Shown here: piece after piece, positions 28,515 through 38,240 of the stretch
Layout: every line of letters starts with the position of its first letter
How positions within the stretch are numbered: the first letter of the stretch is position 1
Source of the DNA: an uncultured Candidatus Entotheonella sp.
GTDB lineage: Bacteria; Tectomicrobia; Entotheonellia; Entotheonellales; Entotheonellaceae
Direction: 5' to 3'
DNA length: 64,000 nucleotides
NCBI GenBank assembly: GCA_965217185.1
Contig: OZ244252.1
Span: 96,001-160,000, forward strand
Position numbers and translations under genes: made by a program
Notes under the pieces: generated by a model
The model's database searches: none
The model's input: only the letters and a program-made list of their open reading frames with translations
What the model was told of the DNA's origin: nothing

Positions 28515-29869
28515 ATATCCAGAAACTCATCATTGAAGATGTCCGCTGTTTTGCCGGCCGGCAGGAGTTCAACATCCGTCCTCTGACCTTTCTGGTCGGC
28601 GAGAACAGTACCGGCAAGTCCACCGTTCTCGGCTGTTTTGATGCGCTCCTTCGTTTTGCGAGGGCGAGGGGACCCTATGGAGCCGACCTGGATTTCAACG
28701 TCCAGCCGTACCAGATGGGCGTCTTTGCAGACATCGTCAGAAGATCCAGGCCCGGAAAGAAGAACTTCAAGCTGGGCTTTGAATCCAGGTCTGAAAACAA
28801 GAACGAAAACATTGAGTATGTTCTGACCTTGGCGGAGAAAGAAAAAGGCTCTGAACCTGTTGTCCAGGAACAGAAAATATCTGGCTGCAACAGCGAGATC
28901 GTTTTCCTTGGGGAGAAGCAGGAAGAAGTTGAACGATCAGGCCAACGGGCCGATTTCCGCCGCCTTCTTGAATTGGTTGATGCTTCTGAAGCAGGGGGCC
29001 GCAAACAATTCCGTATCAAAATGTCAGAACCTTTTGCTGCTATGGGTGTCTTTGCAGCTTTAGATTTGGGCATCAGATTCAGATGGTTGGAAGAACAAGA
29101 GGGCCTATCCCTTGAGGAAAAAGAACTCCAGAGATCAATGAGAAACATTTTGGAAGCATTGGGCATCGAACGACGCTACGGATATGTGGAAAACAGCTAC
29201 AGTTTCGCGCCCATTAGGTCCAAGCCGCAGCGCACCTATAATCCCCTGAAAGAGGACGCCAATCCCGAGGGCGCTGATGTGCCAATGGTGCTTATGAATA
29301 TGTCACGGACGGATGAAAGGGGGTGGAAGGCACTCAAGGGAAAGCTAGTCGCATTCGGACAATCTTCTGGATTATTCACGGACATTCATGTCAGAAGACT
29401 TGGAACATCCATGGGCGACCCGTTCCAGTTGCAGATCAAAGTTAACGGACCAAGGGCCAATGTGATAGATGTAGGTTATGGTGTAAATCAACTTCTTCCT
29501 ATCTTGGTGCGTCTGTTCAACGCCGGTCCAAGGATGGCGTTTTTGATGCAGCAACCGGAAGTGCATCTGCATCCCAAAGGTCAGGCGGAGTTGTCTTCTC
29601 TCTTCACGGCTCTGGTGAAGCAGAGGAGGCATCGTTTCGTAATCGAGACGCATAGTGACGCGATGATCAACCGTGCGCGCATCGAAATCATGAACAAGAG
29701 AATAGCGTCGGAGGACGTTTCACTCATTTATCTGGAACCGGCGGGCAACAGCGTCAACGTCCACAACGTTCGGTTTGATGAACAGGCAAATTTGTTGGGG
29801 GCGCCGAACGGGTACAGAGACTTTTTTCTCAACGAATCGGACAAACTGCTTGGTTTCGTCAATGGGTGA
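28511..29869 (+). CDS. ABC/AAA_21-type ATPase with DUF3696-like C-terminus
   Basis: Walker A GENSTGKST, DVGYGVNQLLP signature, QQPEVHLHP, IETHS. GTGA overlap with mod. Confidence 0.88.
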   Translation: MNIQKLIIEDVRCFAGRQEFNIRPLTFLVGENSTGKSTVLGCFDALLRFARARGPYGADLDFNVQPYQMGVFADIVRRSRPGKKNFKLGFESRSENKNENIEYVLTLAEKEKGSEPVVQEQKISGCNSEIVFLGEKQEEVERSGQRADFRRLLELVDASEAGGRKQFRIKMSEPFAAMGVFAALDLGIRFRWLEEQEGLSLEEKELQRSMRNILEALGIERRYGYVENSYSFAPIRSKPQRTYNPLKEDANPEGADVPMVLMNMSRTDERGWKALKGKLVAFGQSSGLFTDIHVRRLGTSMGDPFQLQIKVNGPRANVIDVGYGVNQLLPILVRLFNAGPRMAFLMQQPEVHLHPKGQAELSSLFTALVKQRRHRFVIETHSDAMINRARIEIMNKRIASEDVSLIYLEPAGNSVNVHNVRFDEQANLLGAPNGYRDFFLNESDKLLGFVNG

Positions 29870-29872
29870 ATC

Positions 29873-30289
29873 ATGTGTCTGATTCTGGATACGAACAAAT
29901 ACGGCGATTTTCTCACCCCGGAGAATCGAGATATGGAACCTGTGAGAAAGTGGGTGCGGACCGGAAATGGAAAAATAGCCTATTCGCCAACGGAGAAAAT
30001 GCAAAGCGAGTTGAACAGGCACAACAAAATGAGAGAGCAGTTTGATCGCTATAGAGAAACAGACAAGCTCAAACTCGTCCCTTCAGACAAAGTAAGGCGG
30101 GTGATGGACGGCCTGCGGGACTTACAATCTGACGACCCGGACATCATCGCTCTGGCTCAGGTTGCCGGGGTTAGGTTGTTGGTCTCAGGCGACACGAATC
30201 TGCACACTGACTTCAAGCAAATCATCGGCGGGAACATATACCAAACCAAGGGACATCAACATCTGCTCAAGAGAGATATCTGTCCATGA
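29873..30289 (+). CDS. PIN-domain-like protein
   Basis: LILDTN, SDDPDIIALA, LLVSGD: the acidic PIN pattern. 3 nt after the ATPase stop. Confidence 0.72.
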   Translation: MCLILDTNKYGDFLTPENRDMEPVRKWVRTGNGKIAYSPTEKMQSELNRHNKMREQFDRYRETDKLKLVPSDKVRRVMDGLRDLQSDDPDIIALAQVAGVRLLVSGDTNLHTDFKQIIGGNIYQTKGHQHLLKRDICP

Positions 30290-30314
30290 AGCCGGCTGAT
30301 TCTGGAATTGCATA

Positions 30315-33017
30315 ATGGCCCTCCACCCCGACTTCCCCGATTCTCCGCACGCGATTCTTGCCCCGGGCCTGCGTTGGTTTCCGGCAGATGAGGCGCTGCG
30401 CGAGACCGGTGTCGAAAAGCTGATGCCACCCCTTGTGGCCAAAATTCGCTGCAAGGTGAAGGAATTCCGGGACGCCGGATACGCTGGCGCAAGCCCGACC
30501 AGCCGGAGTTTGCTTAACTGGTGGTTTAGGGAGCCCCACCTGATGCCGCAAGCCGACGGCAGCATGGCCGAGTTCCGCTATTTTTTCGCCCAACAGGAAG
30601 CGGTCGAAACGATTGTGTATCTCTATGACGCGGCCCGTGTGAAGGACAAGTACGACCTGATGCGTTTTGACAGCACCGGGGCGGTTTCTGCGGGGATGTT
30701 CGACGAGACGTGGCGGCGTTTTGTGGTGAAGATGGCCACGGGCAGCGGCAAGACGAAGGTGTTGAGCCTGGTGTTGGCATGGAGCTATTTTCACAAGCTC
30801 TACGAGGCGGATTCCGAACTGGCGCGCAATTTTCTCGTCATTACGCCGAACATCATCGTCCTCGATCGCATCTACAAGGATTTCCAGGGCCTGCGGATTT
30901 TCTTTGCGGACCCTGTCGTTCCAGACAACGGATTTGACGGCCGCAACTGGCGGGACGATTTTCAGCTTAACCTGCACGTGCAGGACGAGGTGCGCGTAAC
31001 GGTGCCCACGGGCAATATCTTTCTGACGAATATCCACCGCGTATATGCGGGTAACGACGTTCCACCCTCAGCCGACGACGACAACACCATGGATTACTTT
31101 CTGGGCAAACGTCCAACGGGCGGGACGACCGACTCGAAAGTAGACCTGGGCATGATTGTGCGGGACATCGACGAGCTTGTGGTCTTGAACGACGAGGCGC
31201 ATCACATTCACGACAAGAGTTTGGCGTGGTTCAAATCGATCGAAGATATTCACAACCGGTTGTTGCAGAAAGGCGGTTCGCTAAGCCTGCAGGTCGACGT
31301 GACGGCCACGCCGAAGCACAACAACGGAGCGATTTTCGTGCAGACGGTCTCGGACTATCCGCTTGTTGAAGCCATATCGCAGAACGTCGTCAAGCATCCG
31401 GTGCTGCCGGATGCCCCGAGTCGGGCCAAGCTGGTCGAACGCCAAAGCTCAAAATACACCGAGAAATACTCGGATTACATTGACCTGGGCGTGATCGAAT
31501 GGCGCAAGGCATACGCCGAGCACGAAAAGCTCGGCAAGAAATCCATCCTCTTTGTCATGACCGACGACACCAGGAACTGCGACGAGGTCGCCGAGTATCT
31601 GGCGGGCCGGTATCCCGATCTTAAGGATGCGGTCCTGGTCATTCATACCAAGAACAACGGCGAAATCTCCGAGGCAGTCTCCGGAAAGAAAAAGGAAGAG
31701 TTGGAACGACTACGCAAGCAGGCCAATAGAATTGATGAGCCGGACAGTCCCTATCAGGCGATTGTTTCGGTCCTCGTGCTTAAAGAAGGCTGGGACGTTC
31801 GGAACGTCACCACGGTTGTCGGCCTGCGCGCGTATTCGGCAAAGAGCAGCATTTTGCCGGAACAGACCTTGGGGCGCGGGCTGCGCAAGATGTATTCCGG
31901 CGAGACGGAGGAAAAAGTCAGTGTTGTCGGAACGGACGCCTTCATGGACTTCGTGGAATCGATCCAGGCTGAGGGCGTGCAACTCGAACACGCGGCAATG
32001 GGTGAAGGGACCCAGCCCAAGGCCCCGCTTGTGGTGGAGGTCGACCGCGAAAAAGATGTAGAGGCCCTTGAGGCGCTGGATATCGAGATTCCGGTGCTCA
32101 CGCCGCACGTCTATCGGGAATATGCGCACCTCGCCGGGCTGGATGTAGTTGGCATGGAGTATCCGCGCCTGCCCTATCGTCAATTCAGCGAGGAAGAGCG
32201 GCGCAAAATCATCTTCAAGGACCTTACAACCGGGCAGGAGGCGCATACAACATTCCTCGACCCCGCTGGCGTGGCTGACTATCGCAGTGTGATCGGATAT
32301 TTTGCTCAAACCATCATTAGGGAAATGCGGCTGGTCAGTGGATACGACGTGCTATTCGGCAAGATCAAGGCATTCGTGCAGACAGAGATGTTTGATCGGG
32401 CGGTGGAGCTTGAGGAGCCCAACACGCTGCGCAATCTGTCGGAGATAACCGCTACCAAAAAACTGACAGAGACCTTCAAGAAAGCGATCAACGACCTGAC
32501 GGTACAAAACGTGAACGGCGCAGAAATTCGGGACACGATCAAACTCAGTGATACGCGTCCGTTCGTAGCGAAAGACCGGGCACATTTGCGGCCGAAAAAA
32601 AGCGTTTTCAACCGGATCATTGGAGACAATTCGTTTGAATTGGAATTTGCTCAATCCTTGGAGGAATGGGAAGACGTTACGGCCTATGCCAAGAATTATT
32701 TTGCCGTTCGTTTCAAGCTGGATTACGTGAATGCGGATGGCGATATATCCAACTATTACCCGGATTTTATTGTGAAGCGGTCAGACGGAAGCGTCTTCAT
32801 TATTGAGACCAAGGGGCGGGAGGAGTTGGATGTTCCGTTAAAGATGGCGCGGCTGAAGGAGTGGTGCCGGGACGTAAACCAGTTGCAATCCGAATCAGGT
32901 TACGACTTTGTTTACGTCGACCAGCCGGGCTTTGAGCAATACAAGCCCAAATCGTTCCGGGACTTGGCCGAAAGTTTCACGTCCTACAAGAACGTTAATC
33001 CGGAAACGGGCAGTTGA
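30315..33017 (+). CDS. res: Type III RM Res subunit (SF2 helicase plus endonuclease)
   Basis: MATGSGKT, DEAHH, TATP, LKEGWD, QTLGRGLR, YYPDFIV...IETKG. Confidence 0.92.
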   Translation: MALHPDFPDSPHAILAPGLRWFPADEALRETGVEKLMPPLVAKIRCKVKEFRDAGYAGASPTSRSLLNWWFREPHLMPQADGSMAEFRYFFAQQEAVETIVYLYDAARVKDKYDLMRFDSTGAVSAGMFDETWRRFVVKMATGSGKTKVLSLVLAWSYFHKLYEADSELARNFLVITPNIIVLDRIYKDFQGLRIFFADPVVPDNGFDGRNWRDDFQLNLHVQDEVRVTVPTGNIFLTNIHRVYAGNDVPPSADDDNTMDYFLGKRPTGGTTDSKVDLGMIVRDIDELVVLNDEAHHIHDKSLAWFKSIEDIHNRLLQKGGSLSLQVDVTATPKHNNGAIFVQTVSDYPLVEAISQNVVKHPVLPDAPSRAKLVERQSSKYTEKYSDYIDLGVIEWRKAYAEHEKLGKKSILFVMTDDTRNCDEVAEYLAGRYPDLKDAVLVIHTKNNGEISEAVSGKKKEELERLRKQANRIDEPDSPYQAIVSVLVLKEGWDVRNVTTVVGLRAYSAKSSILPEQTLGRGLRKMYSGETEEKVSVVGTDAFMDFVESIQAEGVQLEHAAMGEGTQPKAPLVVEVDREKDVEALEALDIEIPVLTPHVYREYAHLAGLDVVGMEYPRLPYRQFSEEERRKIIFKDLTTGQEAHTTFLDPAGVADYRSVIGYFAQTIIREMRLVSGYDVLFGKIKAFVQTEMFDRAVELEEPNTLRNLSEITATKKLTETFKKAINDLTVQNVNGAEIRDTIKLSDTRPFVAKDRAHLRPKKSVFNRIIGDNSFELEFAQSLEEWEDVTAYAKNYFAVRFKLDYVNADGDISNYYPDFIVKRSDGSVFIIETKGREELDVPLKMARLKEWCRDVNQLQSESGYDFVYVDQPGFEQYKPKSFRDLAESFTSYKNVNPETGS

Positions 33018-33204
33018 TTTTGGGGATTCCGTTGGATGGCACGGGGCCAACAAAGCTACGCAACCAGCGAAACGAATCAGACATGACGACACCAGGGAAG
33101 GTATCACTCCGAACCGTACCCCGGGTCGCCGCGTGGTTGCTTTGCTTTGAACCACTGGAGTAGGATGTACACAAAGTTACAACCCATGCAGGGAGGGCTC
33201 AGGG

Positions 33205-34335
33205 GTGGCGGATAACGTTTTTCAGGCGGCGATTGACATACTTGAACGAGGCGAGCAGGCGGCGCTGTCGACGATCATCTCGTCGAAGGGGTCGTTGCCG
33301 ATGAGCGAAAAGAGCAAAATGCTGGTGACGCCGGAAGGGAAAATAATCGGCACGGTCGGCGGCGGCTGTCTGGAAGCGGATGTGTGGACGGAGGCCCGCG
33401 AGGTGATGGAGGCGGGCAAGAGCCGCATCCAGAAATTCATCCTGACGGAGAAATACGCCGGCGAGAGCGGCCTCAACTGCGGCGGCGTGGTGGAAATCCT
33501 GACGGAGCCGTTGCCGGAGCGCGGCCAGGACGTGTTCCGCACCATTCTCGACCTCAAGGAATCCGGGCACCGCGGTACACTGGCGACGATCCTCACCGAC
33601 CACCCCGATTACCCGGAGGGATGCCGCAAGCTCCTGCTCACCGACGACGGCAGCACGGTTGGCTCCCTGGGTAATGCCGACCTCGAAAGTTTTGTGGTGC
33701 AACGCGGTCAGGACGTGCTGCGGGGCGAACACTTCGCCATCGAATCCTACGCCGCCGCTTCCGGCGACACCCTGCAGATTTTTCTGGAACCCGTTCTGCC
33801 CACCCCGACCGTGTGGGTATTCGGCGGCGGCCACGTGTCGTTTTTCCTGGTACGCGCCGCCAAGCTGGCCGGCTTCAGGGCCAAGGTGATCGACGACCGC
33901 CCCGCCTTTGCCAACAAGGAGCGCTTCCCGGAAGCCGACGCGACGGTCGTCATGGAATTCGACCAGGTCCGCGAGGCGTTCGATTTTGGCCACGACGATT
34001 ACGTGGTCCTCGTGACGCGCGGCCACCAGCACGATCAACATATTCTGGAGCAGATTTACGACTGCGACGCCCGCTACCTTGGCATGATCGGCAGCAAGAG
34101 CAAAATCTCCAAGATGTGGCAGCGCTTGGAGGCCAAGGGTATCGACCGTGGCTATCTTGACCGCGTGCACGCGCCGGTCGGCCTGAACATCGGCGCCGAT
34201 TCGCCGGAGGAAATCTGCATCAGCGTCATGGCCGAGATCATCCGTGAGCGGCGCATCGGTAAAGTGCAGTCCACTCGCCACAAGCGCAGCCATGACAAAC
34301 GCCGCGAGGCCGTTGCGGAGGTTGCGGCGTCGTAG
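33205..34335 (+). CDS. xdhC: XdhC/CoxI-family Mo-cofactor insertion chaperone
   Basis: [51 protein letters not shown]. Confidence 0.9.
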   Translation: MADNVFQAAIDILERGEQAALSTIISSKGSLPMSEKSKMLVTPEGKIIGTVGGGCLEADVWTEAREVMEAGKSRIQKFILTEKYAGESGLNCGGVVEILTEPLPERGQDVFRTILDLKESGHRGTLATILTDHPDYPEGCRKLLLTDDGSTVGSLGNADLESFVVQRGQDVLRGEHFAIESYAAASGDTLQIFLEPVLPTPTVWVFGGGHVSFFLVRAAKLAGFRAKVIDDRPAFANKERFPEADATVVMEFDQVREAFDFGHDDYVVLVTRGHQHDQHILEQIYDCDARYLGMIGSKSKISKMWQRLEAKGIDRGYLDRVHAPVGLNIGADSPEEICISVMAEIIRERRIGKVQSTRHKRSHDKRREAVAEVAAS

Positions 34336-34352
34336 GCCGCCGGGAGATATCC

Positions 34353-35255
34353 GTGCAATTGGTGCAACTCGAAACCCGCCCGCAACCGCCGAAACCCTCT
34401 TGGTTGCGCGTCAAGCTACCCACCGGCAAGACGTATTCGGAAGTCAAAAGTCTGGTACGCCAGCACCGCCTGCACACCGTGTGCGAGGAGGCCATGTGCC
34501 CCAACATCGGCGAGTGTTGGGAGCAAAGAAGCGCTACCCTCATGCTGCTCGGCGACACCTGCACGCGCAGTTGCGGCTTTTGCGCCGTGCGCACCGGGCG
34601 GCCCGGCAGCGTGGACGAGCAGGAGCCGGAGCGCGTGGTCGAGACGATTGCCACGCTGGGGCTGCGCTACGCGGTGGTGACGTCGGTGAACCGGGATGAC
34701 CTGGTTGACGGCGGCAGTCACATTTTCGCGGCGGTCATTCGAGGCGTGCGGCAGCATGTGCCGGGGTGCCGCATCGAAGTGCTGATTCCCGACTTCAAGG
34801 GCAATTGGGAGGCTTTGACCGAGGTGGTGGAAGCCGGTCCCGACGTCCTGAACCACAACATGGAGAGCATCGCCCGGCTCTATGACACGGTCAGGCCGCA
34901 GGCCAAATACAAGCGTTCTCTGGAATTGCTGCGGCGGGTGAAGGATATCGATGCCGCCATGCGTACCAAATCCGGCTTGATGGTCGGCCTGGGGGAGGAG
35001 CCCGAGGAGATCGTTGCCACGATGCGGGATTTACGGGATGCCTGCTGCGATCTGCTGACCATCGGCCAGTATCTGCGCCCCTCTCTGCGGCACCTGCCGG
35101 TGCAACGGTTCTATCATCCCGACGAGTTTGCCGAGCTCAAACGCCAGGGCGAGGCGCTGGGCTTCGCGCACGTCGAGTCGGGTCCGTTGGTACGTAGCTC
35201 TTACCATGCATCAAATCAGGAAGCGGCGGCCCAGGCGCTGCATCTGACGGGATAA
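34353..35255 (+). CDS. lipA: Lipoyl synthase
   Basis: [38 protein letters not shown]. Confidence 0.95.
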   Translation: MQLVQLETRPQPPKPSWLRVKLPTGKTYSEVKSLVRQHRLHTVCEEAMCPNIGECWEQRSATLMLLGDTCTRSCGFCAVRTGRPGSVDEQEPERVVETIATLGLRYAVVTSVNRDDLVDGGSHIFAAVIRGVRQHVPGCRIEVLIPDFKGNWEALTEVVEAGPDVLNHNMESIARLYDTVRPQAKYKRSLELLRRVKDIDAAMRTKSGLMVGLGEEPEEIVATMRDLRDACCDLLTIGQYLRPSLRHLPVQRFYHPDEFAELKRQGEALGFAHVESGPLVRSSYHASNQEAAAQALHLTG

Positions 35256-35302
35256 TTCGCGCTGGCTGTGACCCTGCCGAGCGGCGCACATGTCTTCTAC
35301 AG

Positions 35303-35334
35303 CCCCTCCCTCAAGGGGAGGAGTTGGAGAGGGG
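35303..35334. repeat. Short intergenic repeat of the CCCTC...GGGAG type
   Basis: cccctccctcaaggggaggagttggagagggg resembles the reverse complement of 58390-58429. Confidence 0.5.
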
Positions 35335-35341
35335 AGGTCTT

Positions 35342-36175
35342 ATGAGCACGACCGTGACCATCGAGGCGAAACTCGACAAGCTGTTGGAGACGCTGCGCGG
35401 CATGGAAAGCGTCATCGTGGCGTTTTCAGGCGGGGTGGACAGTTCGCTGCTTGCCAAGGCCGCCTATGAGGCGCTGGGCGACCAGGCTGTCGCCGTCACC
35501 GCGGTGTCGCCGTCGCTGCCGCAGGCGGAGCTGGACGAGGCGCAAGAGGTGGCGAAGCGCATCGGCATTGAACACCGTCTGGTAAACACGGACGAAATGG
35601 ACAACCCGCAGTACGCCGCGAACCCTGAAAACCGGTGCTACTTCTGCAAGTCGGAATTGTTCGTCAAGCTCAATCCCCTGGCCGAGTCGATGGGCTTCAA
35701 GCACGTGGTTTACGGCGCCATGATGGACGACCGCGGCGACCACCGTCCCGGGGCGCAGGCGGCGCGGGATTACGAGGTGCGGGCGCCGCTTGATGAAGCG
35801 GACCTCAGCAAGGACGAAATCCGCACCCTCTCCAAGCGTTGGGATCTGCCGACCTGGAGCAAGCCGTCTTTTGCTTGCCTGGCCTCGCGGGTGCCGTACG
35901 GCCAACTGATCACGATTGAAAAGCTGAGCACGGTCGAGCAGGGCGAGGCGTTTCTGCGGCGGCACGATTTCCAGGTTTTTCGGGTGCGGCACCATGAGAA
36001 CGTGGCGCGTATTGAGGTGTTGCCGGAGGACATGCTCCGCCTCTGCTCGGAACCGCTGCGCAGCGAGCTTGTGGCGCATTTCAAGGCCATCGGATACACC
36101 TACGTCACAGTGGACCTTACGGGTTTCCGATCTGGCAGCATGAACGAGACCCTGCGCCAAGCGCAGAGCGGCTGA
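35342..36175 (+). CDS. larE: LarE-family ATP-dependent sulfur transferase
   Basis: AFSGGVDS PP-loop, RCYFCK, DHRPG, ACLASRVPYG, RVRHH, GFRSGSMN. Confidence 0.92.
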   Translation: MSTTVTIEAKLDKLLETLRGMESVIVAFSGGVDSSLLAKAAYEALGDQAVAVTAVSPSLPQAELDEAQEVAKRIGIEHRLVNTDEMDNPQYAANPENRCYFCKSELFVKLNPLAESMGFKHVVYGAMMDDRGDHRPGAQAARDYEVRAPLDEADLSKDEIRTLSKRWDLPTWSKPSFACLASRVPYGQLITIEKLSTVEQGEAFLRRHDFQVFRVRHHENVARIEVLPEDMLRLCSEPLRSELVAHFKAIGYTYVTVDLTGFRSGSMNETLRQAQSG

Positions 36176-36185
36176 GGGCGTTTGA

Positions 36186-36218
36186 TTGTCGGATTACGCT
36201 GTGCTAATCCGACCTACA
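36186..36218. repeat. GTAG-type REP element
   Basis: ttgtcggattacgctgtgctaatccgacctaca, nearly identical to 47710-47742. Confidence 0.8.
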
Positions 36219-36226
36219 TCTGGAAT

Positions 36227-36535
36227 TTATTGAGGCAGTTCTTCTTCTGGGGCGGGAACGGTCTCGGGGGTGCCGTCAGGCGCCGGGTTCGGGACGGTTT
36301 GCGGTGTTGCGGGCGTAAGCACCGGCATTGGGGTCGCCAAGTCGACTTCGGTTTCATCGTAGCGGTACTGGTGTGCCCCGCGCGGGTGACGGTATTGGGT
36401 AGCCGCCACAGACGGCGCGCGTTCCAGGTCAATAGTCGTCTCGTCCGTCATGCTCCAATCGCCGGGCTGCATGCCGGCAAGCAGCATCAGCATCCCTAAG
36501 CTGTAGACCAGACGATGTAAATGGTTGTGCAGCAC
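36227..36535 (-). CDS. Hypothetical Pro/Thr/Glu-rich protein, possibly exported
   Basis: GGAGA upstream of a GTG start. Hydrophobic N-terminus. Fills the gap between larE and tmk. Confidence 0.4.
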   Translation of the reverse strand: MLHNHLHRLVYSLGMLMLLAGMQPGDWSMTDETTIDLERAPSVAATQYRHPRGAHQYRYDETEVDLATPMPVLTPATPQTVPNPAPDGTPETVPAPEEELPQ

Positions 36536-36686
36536 GTATCTTAAGTCTCCCGGTAAAATTGATGTTCACCCGGCGGCCTGCGCTGGCGAAGGCCGGAGGA
36601 CAGGCGGCGCAGTATCCCATACCGTCCCGCCGGGACGCAAGGCGTGCCGCGCTCACTTTCCAGTCCTATTCCGGAACGCCATTCCC

Positions 36687-37322
36687 ATGAATCAACCGGC
36701 AAATCTGTGCCGCGGACTGCTGATCGTTTTCGAGGGCCTGGACGGCGCGGGCAAGACGACGCAATTGGGGCTCCTGTACGATCACCTGCTCCAGCAAGGC
36801 CAGGACGTTGTGCGTTTGCGGGAGCCCACCGAGGGGCCGTGGGGGCAGCGACTGCGGCAACTCATGGTGCACGGGCGCGGCGACGTGACGCCAGACACGG
36901 AACTGGAATGGTTCCTGAACGACCGGCGGGAACACGTCGATCAATGTATCCGGCCCGCGTTGAATCGGAAACAAATCGTCCTGCTGGATCGTTACTATTT
37001 TTCGACGATGGCGTATCAGGGCGCCTTGGGCTGTGACCCGCAATCCATCCGGGTGCGTAACGAGGCGTTTGCGCCGCCGCCCGATCTGCTGCTGTTGTTG
37101 GATTTGCCGCCTGCCGTGGGCTGGCAGCGTCTGAATCAACGCGGCACGCCGTCGCATTTCGAACGGCTGGATTATCTGGAGCAGGTGGCCGGCATTTTCG
37201 ACGCCATGGACTTTCCGTATCTGAGGCGCATTCCGGCGAATCAGGAGCCGCAGGTGGTGCAATCGCAGGTGCGCCGGGAAACACAGCAACTGCTGCAGCG
37301 CCACGCACAAACCGGGGGCTAA
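36687..37322 (+). CDS. tmk: Thymidylate kinase
   Basis: FEGLDGAGKTTQ, REP, LDRY..STMAYQG, PDL. Confidence 0.93.
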   Translation: MNQPANLCRGLLIVFEGLDGAGKTTQLGLLYDHLLQQGQDVVRLREPTEGPWGQRLRQLMVHGRGDVTPDTELEWFLNDRREHVDQCIRPALNRKQIVLLDRYYFSTMAYQGALGCDPQSIRVRNEAFAPPPDLLLLLDLPPAVGWQRLNQRGTPSHFERLDYLEQVAGIFDAMDFPYLRRIPANQEPQVVQSQVRRETQQLLQRHAQTGG

Positions 37323-37323
37323 C

Positions 37324-38202
37324 ATGGTCGAGCGCGTCATCGGGCCGACATCACACGTTTTCTATTCACAGCGGTTGAAGCTGCATTACGTGGACTGGGG
37401 CAACATCAGCGCACCGCCGATGGTCCTCATCCACGGCGGCCGGGACCACTGCCGCAACTGGGACTGGGTGGCACAGGAACTGCGCGAGCAATATCACATC
37501 ATTGCCCCCGACCTGCGCGGCCACGGTGATTCGGAATGGTCGCGCGGTGGGCAATACGCCCTCATCGACTATGTCCTCGACGTGGCGCAACTGCTTGAGC
37601 ACTTGCAGTTGTTCCCCATCACGCTCGTCGGCCATTCCCTGGGTGGCGGCATTGCCTGTCAGTACAGCGGCATTTATCCCGACCGTGTCAAGCAGCTTGT
37701 CTCCATCGAGGGACTCGGCCCGCCGCCCGAGCACATTCGCCACGGTCCGGCGCACCAGCGGATGCACGACTGGATTGCCCAGATGCAGGCGTTCGCCGGT
37801 CGCCACGTGCGCCGCTACGCCAGCCTCGACGAAGCGGTGCAGCGCATGCAGGAGGCGAACAAGCACCTGAGCGCCGAGCAGGCGTATCACCTGACGCTGC
37901 ACGGCACCTACCGCAACGAAGACGGCACCCACACCTGGAAGTTCGACAATTACGTGCGGTCGCAATCGCCCTATTCCTTCAACCTGGAGGAAGCCAAGGG
38001 CATCTGGAGCCGGATCACCTGCCCGACGCTGTTGCTGCGGGGCCTGGAGAGTTGGGCCAGCGACCCGATGCTGGACGGACGCGCCCAGGCATTCCCCAAC
38101 GCCCGCTGCGTGAACATCGCGCAGGCCGGCCACTGGGTGCATCACGATCAACTGGACAAATTTCTGGAGGTGGTGGGGGACTTCCTGCAGGAGAACGCCT
38201 GA
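37324..38202 (+). CDS. Alpha/beta hydrolase
   Basis: IHGGRDH, PDLRGHGDS, GHSLGG, AGHWVHHD. Confidence 0.9.
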   Translation: MVERVIGPTSHVFYSQRLKLHYVDWGNISAPPMVLIHGGRDHCRNWDWVAQELREQYHIIAPDLRGHGDSEWSRGGQYALIDYVLDVAQLLEHLQLFPITLVGHSLGGGIACQYSGIYPDRVKQLVSIEGLGPPPEHIRHGPAHQRMHDWIAQMQAFAGRHVRRYASLDEAVQRMQEANKHLSAEQAYHLTLHGTYRNEDGTHTWKFDNYVRSQSPYSFNLEEAKGIWSRITCPTLLLRGLESWASDPMLDGRAQAFPNARCVNIAQAGHWVHHDQLDKFLEVVGDFLQENA

Positions 38203-38240
38203 GCGCCGTCGGAGAGCCGCACGCACAAAGGAGGGTTGTC

